Virus record (IMG/VR): IMGVR_UViG_3300025133_009608 | Location: 1 to 64,000 of that record | Reading direction: 5' to 3' (one strand) | Length of the DNA: 64,000 nucleotides | In this document: piece after piece, positions 55,959 to 64,000 of the stretch | Layout: each line of letters starts with the position of its first letter | Numbering within the stretch: the stretch's first letter is position 1 | Program-made: the position numbers and the translations under genes | The notes under the pieces: model-generated | Databases searched by the model: none | What the model saw: the letters and a program-made list of their open reading frames with translations, nothing else | What the model was told of the DNA's origin: nothing

Positions 55959-57596
55959 CTAGATTTCTTCTGTCTGTACTGGGGCAGCCTCGCCAGCTGG
56001 GAGGTCGGGAGCTGCAGGCTCCAGCTCCGGCGAAGCCTCTTCTTGTGAAGGCTCCCCTTGCGGAGTCGTATCACCGCTTTTTGCGCCCGGCAGTCCCGCC
56101 TGGGCATCTATGAGTCCCTTGGCGGTGGCCAGTTGTCCCATCATCTTTGTGACTCGAGTTAGAGCATAAGAATACCCATCAATTAATTTACTCTGAGACT
56201 CTGCTAGTTCCGGAAACATTGCGGCGATTCCAAGTCGATCTAACATTATATCAAACTCTGCCAATAATCTAATAATTCTTCTATCTGCAAGCATTCCCGC
56301 AACATCGTCGAGCTTTGAAGCTGCATCTGTAAGGCCTATCTCTCCAACCAGGCCTTCATACTCTCCCTCTTTCGCCCCGGGAATGGGGGTTATCTTCTCC
56401 AGGCCGACCGGCTCCACCTCGTTTGGACCAGGCAGCCCAAGTTCTTTTGCTTTAATTTCAGCATCTGAATCTGGAGAATCTGGCAACGAAGCTGGGCCGT
56501 CTGGCTCCGATTGTGCCGGAACCGGCGGAGGCACTGGCTGCGGAGTCGGGGAGGTTTGAGCGGGAGGATCAGCATCTGGAACTTCTTGTGCAATTTTCAC
56601 AAGAACATCAGAACCGGCCTTGTGTCCGTTCTTTCTTAGAATATTTGCAGTCTGATATGCCAAATCTGACGCGGTACGGGGAGATAGCCCAACAACCTTG
56701 ACGCTCATGTTCATTAGGGCCTCAGATAGGTGCTTGTAGGCATCTGGGTCAATTTCCTCTGATCTTATTAATTTATCAATTCTTCTGATCGCTGAGTGCA
56801 AGCGAAGCTTCCAGTTTCTAAAATTCCTGCCCTTCTCTTCGTCGGCCTCAGCACTGCGAACTGCGCCCGAGAAGTCACGACCCGCGAGGTGTGATGCTCC
56901 GACGTCATCATAATTTCCCGCCCCGAGAACTCCGGACATGTATACTGATTTTTTCTCTATTTTGTTGCTTTCTGATGCCATTTTATACCTCTCGTGATCT
57001 CCATCATTATAATACTTAAACCATCTTTTAAACTTGATATCTTCCTCTTTCTCTTTATTTAAAAAATTACTATAATAATCAACGGCAGCAGTTCTCGTCA
57101 TGTTCCCCGAAGATGTTGACTTCTGAATTTCATAAACAAGATCGATCCATTTATTTACATCAAACTGCGCCTCATAAACATCCGGGTTAACGGAAGACAT
57201 ATTTGGATATGCAAGTTTCTTTATCTTAGAGAGACTGGCCTTTGCCTTTACTATATTAAAATAAACATCATTTTCAGTTTTCATAGGGATTCCTCCAGAA
57301 ATTGCACGAGAAATAACAGATAAATCGATTTCACCAACTAGTTTTTTCATATGCCGCCTAAGCACTATATACTTTCTCGCTCGCTCCTCAGAATTTACTC
57401 CAGCCGTTGTCATCATCTTTGCGCTTTCAAGGGCATAAGATGCAAATCCATCTTTGCGGTCTGCTGATATATTTTTAATCTTATTATAAAAAAACTGATT
57501 AATATCCCCAGAAATGAAGGCCCTTTTTATAACGTAATCCATTGAATCTTTCATTTCTTTCTCATATCTCTTATCTTTGAAATTGCAGAAATCCAC
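55959..57596 (-). CDS. Head-module hypothetical protein
   Basis: KKLAY and VKIAQ motifs with P/E-rich linkers. Confidence 0.6.
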   Translation of the reverse strand: MDFCNFKDKRYEKEMKDSMDYVIKRAFISGDINQFFYNKIKNISADRKDGFASYALESAKMMTTAGVNSEERARKYIVLRRHMKKLVGEIDLSVISRAISGGIPMKTENDVYFNIVKAKASLSKIKKLAYPNMSSVNPDVYEAQFDVNKWIDLVYEIQKSTSSGNMTRTAAVDYYSNFLNKEKEEDIKFKRWFKYYNDGDHERYKMASESNKIEKKSVYMSGVLGAGNYDDVGASHLAGRDFSGAVRSAEADEEKGRNFRNWKLRLHSAIRRIDKLIRSEEIDPDAYKHLSEALMNMSVKVVGLSPRTASDLAYQTANILRKNGHKAGSDVLVKIAQEVPDADPPAQTSPTPQPVPPPVPAQSEPDGPASLPDSPDSDAEIKAKELGLPGPNEVEPVGLEKITPIPGAKEGEYEGLVGEIGLTDAASKLDDVAGMLADRRIIRLLAEFDIMLDRLGIAAMFPELAESQSKLIDGYSYALTRVTKMMGQLATAKGLIDAQAGLPGAKSGDTTPQGEPSQEEASPELEPAAPDLPAGEAAPVQTEEI

Positions 57597-57802
57597 TCTG
57601 ACTTATCATTTAGTGTTCTTCCCATTATTCTTGTTTTTATCTTCTCTTCTATAAAATCAAGGTAGGCCAATGCATTTGCATCAGATATTTCCTGCTCGCC
57701 CTCGACACCGTGGTCTTTTAGCCACTTTTTAAAAGATATGATGCTATTTAGATTCTTAATCCTTAATATTGAATACCCTTTTTCTTCAAAATCAAGTGAC
57801 AT
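57551..57802 (-). CDS. Small hypothetical protein
   Basis: Start overlaps the upstream stop. Confidence 0.4.
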   Translation of the reverse strand: MSLDFEEKGYSILRIKNLNSIISFKKWLKDHGVEGEQEISDANALAYLDFIEEKIKTRIMGRTLNDKSEWISAISKIRDMRKK

Positions 57803-58493
57803 CTATTACTCTCAAGTCTGAATTGTTATCAGAAATCATATTCATTCTTCGAGTTCTCTCTCCAACCCTCTCTATGAAAACTGGGATTAATTCTGGGCTC
57901 ATTTCTGACAAAACGTCTAACACAGAGTCTTTTAATATAGATGCATGATCATTTATAACACTAATATTAACATTATGTTCGATCTTTGTATCAGCAACTC
58001 CTTCGATATACTTCTTCCAGTCTTGCATAATTCCCTTCATCGTATTTATATACTCCAAAAAGATCTTATCGTCTCGGAATCCGCCTCCGTTGCTTAAAAT
58101 ATTATAGTAATATTCAATTCTAGAATTTATTAGCTTGTCCATCTCTAAGAGGCGGCGAGTAACATCCAACTCTGCCGAGGCTATCTCTGTTATTTTTTCC
58201 TGATATGCCGATGAATTTTCAATTATCATTCTTGCTTCGGCATCTGTCGCCTCTCGATCGACCTCTGATCTTCTGTTCTTTATTTCCTCCAGTACTTCGC
58301 CTTTTATATCAAGATGTCCAGAGCGAAACTTCTGAAGGGTCATATAAGAAACGTGCAGGCGCTTGGTTCTAGGATATTTCTTTTTCAGCCATCTCTCAAT
58401 CTCTTTTACGGAGTCTCCCGCCAAGAGTCTAGAGATAATCTCCTCTTTGTTTGGGTGTCTTAATACTTTGCTCATTTGCCTCTCCCAAACCAT
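57792..58493 (-). CDS. HTH protein, candidate terminase small subunit
   Basis: N-terminal HTH-like (LLAGDSVKEIERWL...VSYMTLQKF), helical middle and C-terminal TKIEHNVNISV strand. Confidence 0.4.
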   Translation of the reverse strand: MVWERQMSKVLRHPNKEEIISRLLAGDSVKEIERWLKKKYPRTKRLHVSYMTLQKFRSGHLDIKGEVLEEIKNRRSEVDREATDAEARMIIENSSAYQEKITEIASAELDVTRRLLEMDKLINSRIEYYYNILSNGGGFRDDKIFLEYINTMKGIMQDWKKYIEGVADTKIEHNVNISVINDHASILKDSVLDVLSEMSPELIPVFIERVGERTRRMNMISDNNSDLRVIDVT

Positions 58494-58530
58494 GCCACTC
58501 GAAGGAACACGCTATTATTGGTCCGTACGG

Positions 58531-59244
58531 TTACGGCATAACCTCTGAGGAGTAGGAGTCCTCTGCGGTCTCAAGTGCGGCCTCGTCATCGGATAAAACA
58601 ATAAGACCCGCAGGACTGCCGTCCCTAGTCCATAAGAAAGCTTTTGCGGCAAAGCTTTCTTTATCAATCTTAATTGTTACACTATGAATTCCGTCGGCAG
58701 GCCGCGGCTCTGATGCTGAAAATATATTACCAGGACTATGCCCAGCCTCTTCCATTTTTAACTCTGCGGACCCATGAAGATAATGAATTGGCCATATGTA
58801 TTCGAGGCCCACATCATCGCTCCTGGGCCCGATGATGATATCATCGCTAACTGATACCTCATCGCTCTCGCCTATACTATGTAGATCCGCCTCCTCTAAC
58901 TGTGGACCATCCTCTAGAACTCTTACTATCTCAGAGATGAGCATTGGCGATTCTCTTAAGATATCTGAGACATCTTTTATCATCCCACCCCTTCCCTGCT
59001 CGTCTCGTGCAAGAAATGGGGCTCCAGCCACAATATAGCCAGCAAGTTGCTCGGAAAGCTCCGCCGTCACGTCGTCTTCGCTCTCTGCGTTTTCCGCCCC
59101 ACGGCTCTCATCCGACTGCTCGTCGGCCTCTCCGAATGGATCAAACTTCATGGCGGCCTTTATCATGGTGTCGACATCATCGGATAAATCGGTACGACCC
59201 AATCTATCTAGCTTATCCGCAAGCCTTATCAAGTCGTTGACCAT
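58531..59244 (-). CDS. Head-module protein with LIRLADKLDxxG leader
   Basis: MVNDLIRLADKLDRLGRTDLSDDVDTMIKAAM. Confidence 0.55.
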   Translation of the reverse strand: MVNDLIRLADKLDRLGRTDLSDDVDTMIKAAMKFDPFGEADEQSDESRGAENAESEDDVTAELSEQLAGYIVAGAPFLARDEQGRGGMIKDVSDILRESPMLISEIVRVLEDGPQLEEADLHSIGESDEVSVSDDIIIGPRSDDVGLEYIWPIHYLHGSAELKMEEAGHSPGNIFSASEPRPADGIHSVTIKIDKESFAAKAFLWTRDGSPAGLIVLSDDEAALETAEDSYSSEVMP

Positions 59245-59792
59245 TATTTGGCTCCTATGATCTCAATCAGCCTTGAGACGTCTGAACCCGAAACCCTCTT
59301 TAAGGCTCTCTTTACAATAGCGGCATCATATGATGCCATTGTCATCATCTGAGACTGCAGAGAGGCGCTTCCGGCGGGGAAGTCTACTCCGCTATCTGTC
59401 TTAAACCCCTCATTGTAATCATAAATCTTATTTGTATAAGGATCCTTATATACTCCGTCAGAAACTCTTTGAGCCTGAACCCCAACGTGATCAGGAGAAT
59501 ATCTCGTCGACAAGTGTGGGGCTACATGCTCCGTTGGGACATAAGAGTCCTCATGCTCTGGGCCTACGTTGTATAGCGGTCGCTCGGCAGTCTCTCCTCC
59601 GCGCTGCGAAAGATACCTCTCTCTAGTCGCATACTCTGTTACTCCAGACTGAAAGTGCTGAAAGATGCCATGCTGGTCCGCTGCAGATTCCTTTTTGAGT
59701 TCCGGCATAATTGCGGACAACTTTAGCATTCTATTTTTTCTGCTAGAATCCGACATAGAAAACAAAATCTTGCTTAAATTATCATTAATCAT
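59244..59792 (-). CDS. Head-module hypothetical protein
   Basis: Operon position. Confidence 0.6.
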   Translation of the reverse strand: MINDNLSKILFSMSDSSRKNRMLKLSAIMPELKKESAADQHGIFQHFQSGVTEYATRERYLSQRGGETAERPLYNVGPEHEDSYVPTEHVAPHLSTRYSPDHVGVQAQRVSDGVYKDPYTNKIYDYNEGFKTDSGVDFPAGSASLQSQMMTMASYDAAIVKRALKRVSGSDVSRLIEIIGAK

Positions 59793-59800
59793 TTTAACCC

Positions 59801-61357
59801 CTACGTTATGGATATTTTTGAAGAAGAGATTAAAGCACCCGGCCCGAATGCATCGTCTGAGGCCACGGTTCTATGGGTTGGGATCATTCTTCCTTTCTCA
59901 TCAAAGCTTATTTTGCTCATGGGGAGCCCAAGCCTGGGAGAGTAAAGCTCAACAGATGTTGGAAGGACGATTAGCTCGCCATTATCTTTTGCCCTGCTAA
60001 TTAGCTGGTCTCTTTCGGTGTTCTTTGAGGCGTGCTTTAGTAGCTTCGTAAAGCGATCTAACGCAGCAAGATACTGTCCTCCCTCAAATCTTGAGCCAAT
60101 AGACGCAAGGGCATCTTCCGCGGCCCGATAGTCCCCATTAGATGCTCCAGATGCCATAATTCCCATTAGCTCGTCGTAGGATGCCTTTGACATCTCATTG
60201 GTCTGACGAGAAATTCGATCAATCTGGTCTGAAGTGGCGGTTCCGACTATCTCGCCTATTGAGGCGCTGGTCATCGGGTACGTTTCGTCTCCCATGGCGA
60301 ACTTGCTCGGAATTACCGGTCGGCCATTTGGCATATCAACGGGAACGAGGATGGATTTTCTCCCCAGCGAGGTGGGGATGCTCGCCTTTAGGACTAGCGT
60401 TTTTGAATTTGACGATGCAACGTTTATCTGCGGATTCGTCACGCCAAGGCCGCGAAGCTCTCCGGCTAACACTCCGGTTGCGAGCCGGACCTGGCTAACA
60501 GTGAAGCTAGATGCCGCCGCCACCAGATCACTCTCAAGATCAGCATACTTCTCGAGCGATGCGGGGACTACTACCATTTCTGCAGAAAAATCATCAACGC
60601 GGCGCTCTGCGGCATACCGCCCCTGAGATGCTGCCTTTTTAATTGTTTGATTTTCCTTCATATGAACATAAAGAGATTCTTTTGTCATCTCTACAACGTC
60701 CGTCCCCTGAATGAAGTGCTTTGGAATAGAGGGAATTCCATTAGAGATCTGTACTGGCACAGAAAGTGATACTTGGGTATGATCCGATGTATCAAATGAT
60801 GCATTACAAAGTATAAAGTGTTCATTTGTTCTTACTGTCGAAACAGACGCGGGGATGTGACCCATTGAAGTCAGTTGAATCTTCACGAACTTCTCAGCCT
60901 TCTTCATCAGGCTGTTTCCGTGAGCCGATACTGGCCCCGAAGCCTCAAGGGAAAACACGCCGGACAGCTCTTTTGACAGAGCGGAATCTTCAAATATTGG
61001 ATCGGCTGAGTTTTCGTCCATCGCCCGTGAGGCCGATGCGCCGGTAGTGCCGCCGCTATCAATGACAGAATTAACGGGCAGAAGATCATTTAGATTCTGG
61101 CGAAAAGCAGTCTTTCCTCCGGAGAATCCATATAAGTGATTGTAAAAATCACCAATCTGAGCCTGAGTTATGAATCGGTCTTTTGCTCCATGTGAGCGAA
61201 CAACATCTTTCATTGAGCCAATTAGTACGTCTCTTGGATTTAAAGATGCCGCCTTTTCTAGGCGGTCGAGGACATACTCTGTCGTATACCTTTTTCCATT
61301 AGTCATCTTATCCAAGGCTTTTCTTGCCTCTAAAATAATTTTTGTAATCTCTTTCAT
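59801..61357 (-). CDS. Head-module protein with two internal repeated domains
   Basis: VSLSVPVQISNGIPSIPKHF and KSILVPVDMPNGRPVIPSKF. Confidence 0.6.
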   Translation of the reverse strand: MKEITKIILEARKALDKMTNGKRYTTEYVLDRLEKAASLNPRDVLIGSMKDVVRSHGAKDRFITQAQIGDFYNHLYGFSGGKTAFRQNLNDLLPVNSVIDSGGTTGASASRAMDENSADPIFEDSALSKELSGVFSLEASGPVSAHGNSLMKKAEKFVKIQLTSMGHIPASVSTVRTNEHFILCNASFDTSDHTQVSLSVPVQISNGIPSIPKHFIQGTDVVEMTKESLYVHMKENQTIKKAASQGRYAAERRVDDFSAEMVVVPASLEKYADLESDLVAAASSFTVSQVRLATGVLAGELRGLGVTNPQINVASSNSKTLVLKASIPTSLGRKSILVPVDMPNGRPVIPSKFAMGDETYPMTSASIGEIVGTATSDQIDRISRQTNEMSKASYDELMGIMASGASNGDYRAAEDALASIGSRFEGGQYLAALDRFTKLLKHASKNTERDQLISRAKDNGELIVLPTSVELYSPRLGLPMSKISFDEKGRMIPTHRTVASDDAFGPGALISSSKISIT

Positions 61358-61370
61358 AATGATTTATTTC

Positions 61371-61877
61371 CTATTTAATAAAGCTTTTAACTTCTGGAAA
61401 GACAGAGCTCAAAGCCTCAATCTTAGCCGATGGTTGACTTGAAATAACTTCTCTAACAAAATCGGAGTCCGACGTCATCCTGCCCAGAAGCGCCGACTTG
61501 AACGTCATAATATCATCCGAAGAGAACCCGAACTCATCGGATGCAAATCTACAAATTGGAACCTGCTTATAAGAGAGGGTCACATTCGACCCCTCATAAT
61601 CTCCAATTGCGGTCCAATCTCCGCTGCCCCTTTCTGAGGACTGAGGGATAGACGCTCTTACTAAGTACTGGTCGTCTCCGGACGACTCGACCTTCCACAG
61701 TCCGTCATAATGGTCGCCATATACTTTCACCATATCAAAGGCTACTTTTCTAAATTTAACGTCATCTGTGACTAATATTTTATTTTTATCGGAAACATCT
61801 TTACTTGTTGTTTTAAAGAAATCTACCAAAGTTTCGTCCAGTGTTGGCATGCCTAGCTCTCCCTGCTTCAAAATCAC
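61371..61877 (-). CDS. Hypothetical protein
   Basis: First gene after a TCTATTAA motif. Confidence 0.6.
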   Translation of the reverse strand: MILKQGELGMPTLDETLVDFFKTTSKDVSDKNKILVTDDVKFRKVAFDMVKVYGDHYDGLWKVESSGDDQYLVRASIPQSSERGSGDWTAIGDYEGSNVTLSYKQVPICRFASDEFGFSSDDIMTFKSALLGRMTSDSDFVREVISSQPSAKIEALSSVFPEVKSFIK

Positions 61878-61947
61878 TAATTATTAATAGAAACATTCCT
61901 CCAAGAATAACAAGGACATTTCCAACTAATCGGAAAAATTAATATAT

Positions 61948-62382
61948 CTAATCTTCTTCTTTTTTTATTTGATCAATTTTATTTAATATTTCAGAGACAC
62001 GCGGCTCGGTAGCGCAAATCTTTTTTAATTTCTTTACGATGCCGCCGTATCTCTTTTTATTATTCTTATAATCAATATTACCATGCATTGCCTTGTGAAC
62101 CGCAGATTGTGTTATTCCAAGATGCTTTGCAATTTCATTTTGAGTCTTTCCCATTAGCCTCATAAATAATATCTTCTTCTGATGCTCGGTTAGCATGTCT
62201 CCGTTAACAATTTCATAAATAATCTCTAGAAGCTCATCTCTTAGCTCCGAAATTCTCCCGTCGAAAGAGTTTCCAGTTAGGACGCTAGATATTCCTCGCT
62301 CTTGGGAGAAATTATTTAACTTCCCTTGATCAAAGGATATTTCTACAATTTTATATTGATATGAGCTACTTTTTGAGGCCAT
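61948..62382 (-). CDS. Sigma-70 region 4 / LuxR-type HTH protein
   Basis: LTEHQKKILFMRLMGKTQNEIAKHLGITQSAVHKAM. Confidence 0.7.
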   Translation of the reverse strand: MASKSSSYQYKIVEISFDQGKLNNFSQERGISSVLTGNSFDGRISELRDELLEIIYEIVNGDMLTEHQKKILFMRLMGKTQNEIAKHLGITQSAVHKAMHGNIDYKNNKKRYGGIVKKLKKICATEPRVSEILNKIDQIKKEED

Positions 62383-62386
62383 CTAG

Positions 62387-63130
62387 TTACCACTCATCCG
62401 GCATAATTTGATTGAAGTTTTCGAAAAAATCTTCTTTTCCATTTTTTCTAAAAAATTCATCTACGTCCTTATAGGGCTTTGGAGTCTCAAGAGATCTCAG
62501 CTTTATACCGCGATTAATAAATTTCTTATAAATTCTTTTTACAGATTCCTTCCCCGCATCATCTGAGTCAAGCAGGAATGTCATTTTATCAGTATACCTT
62601 GCAAGTCTTAAAAAATGCTTTTTAGAAAATGCAGTACCACAAATTGCAACAGAATTATAAATTCCAACTTTAGTCAAACTTATTTGGTCAAAATAACCTT
62701 CTACAATATATACGTTTTTTCTTTTTAAAATATGATTTTTTGATTGCCCTAATCCATAAAGTATATTTGCCTTCTTGTAAGACGAGTTTTTATACTTTGG
62801 AATTCCGATTCCCCTTCTGGAGTATTCATCCAAAAGAGTCCTTCCACTAATTCCTACGACCTCGCCGTATTCATTCTCAATTGGAAACGTTAAATAAAAG
62901 TAATCCGAGAACTGGCTGCGGCCCAGTCCATCTAGGATATTCGCTCGCAATAATGATTCCTCCGAAACAAATTGCTTTAGTTTGGAGGGGTTTTGTGGAA
63001 AAAATCCGATACCATATCTATCTATAATCTCATCCGATAAAAGCCTGTCCTCTCTTAGGTAGGACAGGCACTCTTTTGAGTTTTTAAGATTGGATTTACA
63101 AATATCAGATAAAATTTGCATATCGGTCAT
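62387..63130 (-). CDS. dnaG: DNA primase catalytic core (TOPRIM), no zinc-binding domain
   Basis: FPIENEYGEVVGISGR, KYKNS, LYGL, IVEGYFD, AICGTAF, DSDDAG, KDVDE. Confidence 0.88.
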   Translation of the reverse strand: MTDMQILSDICKSNLKNSKECLSYLREDRLLSDEIIDRYGIGFFPQNPSKLKQFVSEESLLRANILDGLGRSQFSDYFYLTFPIENEYGEVVGISGRTLLDEYSRRGIGIPKYKNSSYKKANILYGLGQSKNHILKRKNVYIVEGYFDQISLTKVGIYNSVAICGTAFSKKHFLRLARYTDKMTFLLDSDDAGKESVKRIYKKFINRGIKLRSLETPKPYKDVDEFFRKNGKEDFFENFNQIMPDEW

Positions 63131-63133
63131 AAC

Positions 63134-63487
63134 TTAATTCTGCTCTATCTTTAGTTGACTCGTACTCTCTATTGCGCAAACCATATGCTTTGTAATATTT
63201 ATCTTGCACCCCTTTCCCGAGTTCGGACACTGAGCCCCAACCACCATTCCCGATACAACTGATGCTTCAACATCTTTATGGCAGGTTTCGCATGGAAACA
63301 TAAAGGCTTTTCTATTCTTGGAGCGAAGCACATCCCCATTCTTCTTCATAGAAAGCTTCGAATAGGACGATACGTTCACAACCTCCTCTCCGCACTCGTT
63401 GCACATCGCCTTGTTTTCATCAACATCCAACGACACGTCTGTTGTTCCTCCATTTAACTTACATCCTATATTGCATCTTACAATCAT
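63134..63487 (-). CDS. Cys-rich zinc-ribbon protein
   Basis: CNIGC, CNEC, CETCH, CPNSGKGC. Confidence 0.6.
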   Translation of the reverse strand: MIVRCNIGCKLNGGTTDVSLDVDENKAMCNECGEEVVNVSSYSKLSMKKNGDVLRSKNRKAFMFPCETCHKDVEASVVSGMVVGAQCPNSGKGCKINITKHMVCAIESTSQLKIEQN

Positions 63488-64000
63488 TTATTGCCCCATA
63501 GCCATAATTAGCGGATTTTCTTCTATCTCAGCATCATCGGGGGTGTTATCAGCCGCTGGCGCCGGGCCTCCTCCGAGGTATATTTCTCTTATTTTCTCTT
63601 GGGTTGAATTCATAAAAGGTTTATTTTTAGAAAACGACTCCAAGGCGGCGTCTCTTCCTCTGATTTTTTCTCCATCTATCATATAGTTTTGCGTATTTGG
63701 CCTTTCAATCAAGTCATACTTTAGGGCCAATCCAAATATCTCCTCCTCTATATTAACCACTCCCTTTAGGTACTCAACGAAATATTCTGCTTTTTGGAAT
63801 GGCTTTCCGACTTTATTTTTCTCAACCTTTGCTCGAACTCTGTGCCCAATTCTTGCATCATTCTTATCTTTAATAAGATTATCGGCACCAAACATTGGAG
63901 CCATATTGATCATAAGACTACAGGCATGCTTGAGCGCCTTGCCTCCCGGGCTAGTTGCCGGGTCTCCAAAGTGCTGTCCGAGATTTACTCTTACCTGGTT
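63488..64000 (-). CDS. recA: RecA/UvsX recombinase, C-terminal part (partial)
   Basis: Open to the window edge: NQVRVNLGQHFGDPATSPGGKALKHACS, then VEKNKVGKPFQKAE. Confidence 0.9.
   Translation of the reverse strand, partial: NQVRVNLGQHFGDPATSPGGKALKHACSLMINMAPMFGADNLIKDKNDARIGHRVRAKVEKNKVGKPFQKAEYFVEYLKGVVNIEEEIFGLALKYDLIERPNTQNYMIDGEKIRGRDAALESFSKNKPFMNSTQEKIREIYLGGGPAPAADNTPDDAEIEENPLIMAMGQ

Noticed and set aside
1-64000. Plus-strand ORFs in the track (e.g. 156..602, 29022..29687, 29967..30626, 39492..40109, 21451..21702, 25066..25317)
   Set aside because: They are antisense shadows of credible minus-strand genes or of repeats, with no recognisable motifs.
1-64000. Stop-codon reassignment as in some large phages
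   Set aside because: Long conserved genes are intact in code 11, and TAA, TAG (22378, 23669) and TGA (27620) all end genes with the next gene close behind.
1-64000. tRNA or other structured RNA genes
   Set aside because: Intergenic gaps were inspected and no cloverleaf or T-loop pattern was seen.

Overview
This window is part of the genome of a large tailed dsDNA phage (Caudoviricetes, contractile-tail myovirus type). It is not a bacterial chromosome. Essentially all credible genes are on the minus strand, and standard code 11 is used. In transcription order (right to left): RecA/UvsX (partial), a Cys-rich protein, DnaG-type primase and an HTH protein; a ~27 kb head/packaging module (putative TerS, CCA/poly(A)-type nucleotidyltransferase, TerL, portal, DUF192 fusion, protease-scaffold, decoration proteins, MCP, and many uncharacterised proteins); an accessory island (SerRS, Zn-finger, DUF5659-like, J-domain); a repeat-rich fibre next to two DUF2827 glycosyltransferase-like genes; two BNR propeller paralogs with identical 5' halves; adaptor/neck genes; metalloproteases; a lysis-like cassette; two giant paralogous beta-helix proteins; tail completion, sheath, tube, a G/GT-type chaperone pair with a -1 slippery site; and the start of a probable tape measure gene. 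The main unexplained signals are: (1) a pervasive [ILMFV]-x-[KR]-x-A motif in head-module proteins (candidate maturation/packaging tag); (2) a candidate virion-glycosylation module; (3) a 785-bp exact duplication giving constant-N/variable-C paralogs; (4) a gliding-motility CglF-like gene hinting at a Myxococcota/Bdellovibrionota-type host. All family calls are from motif recognition by eye; no database search was run.
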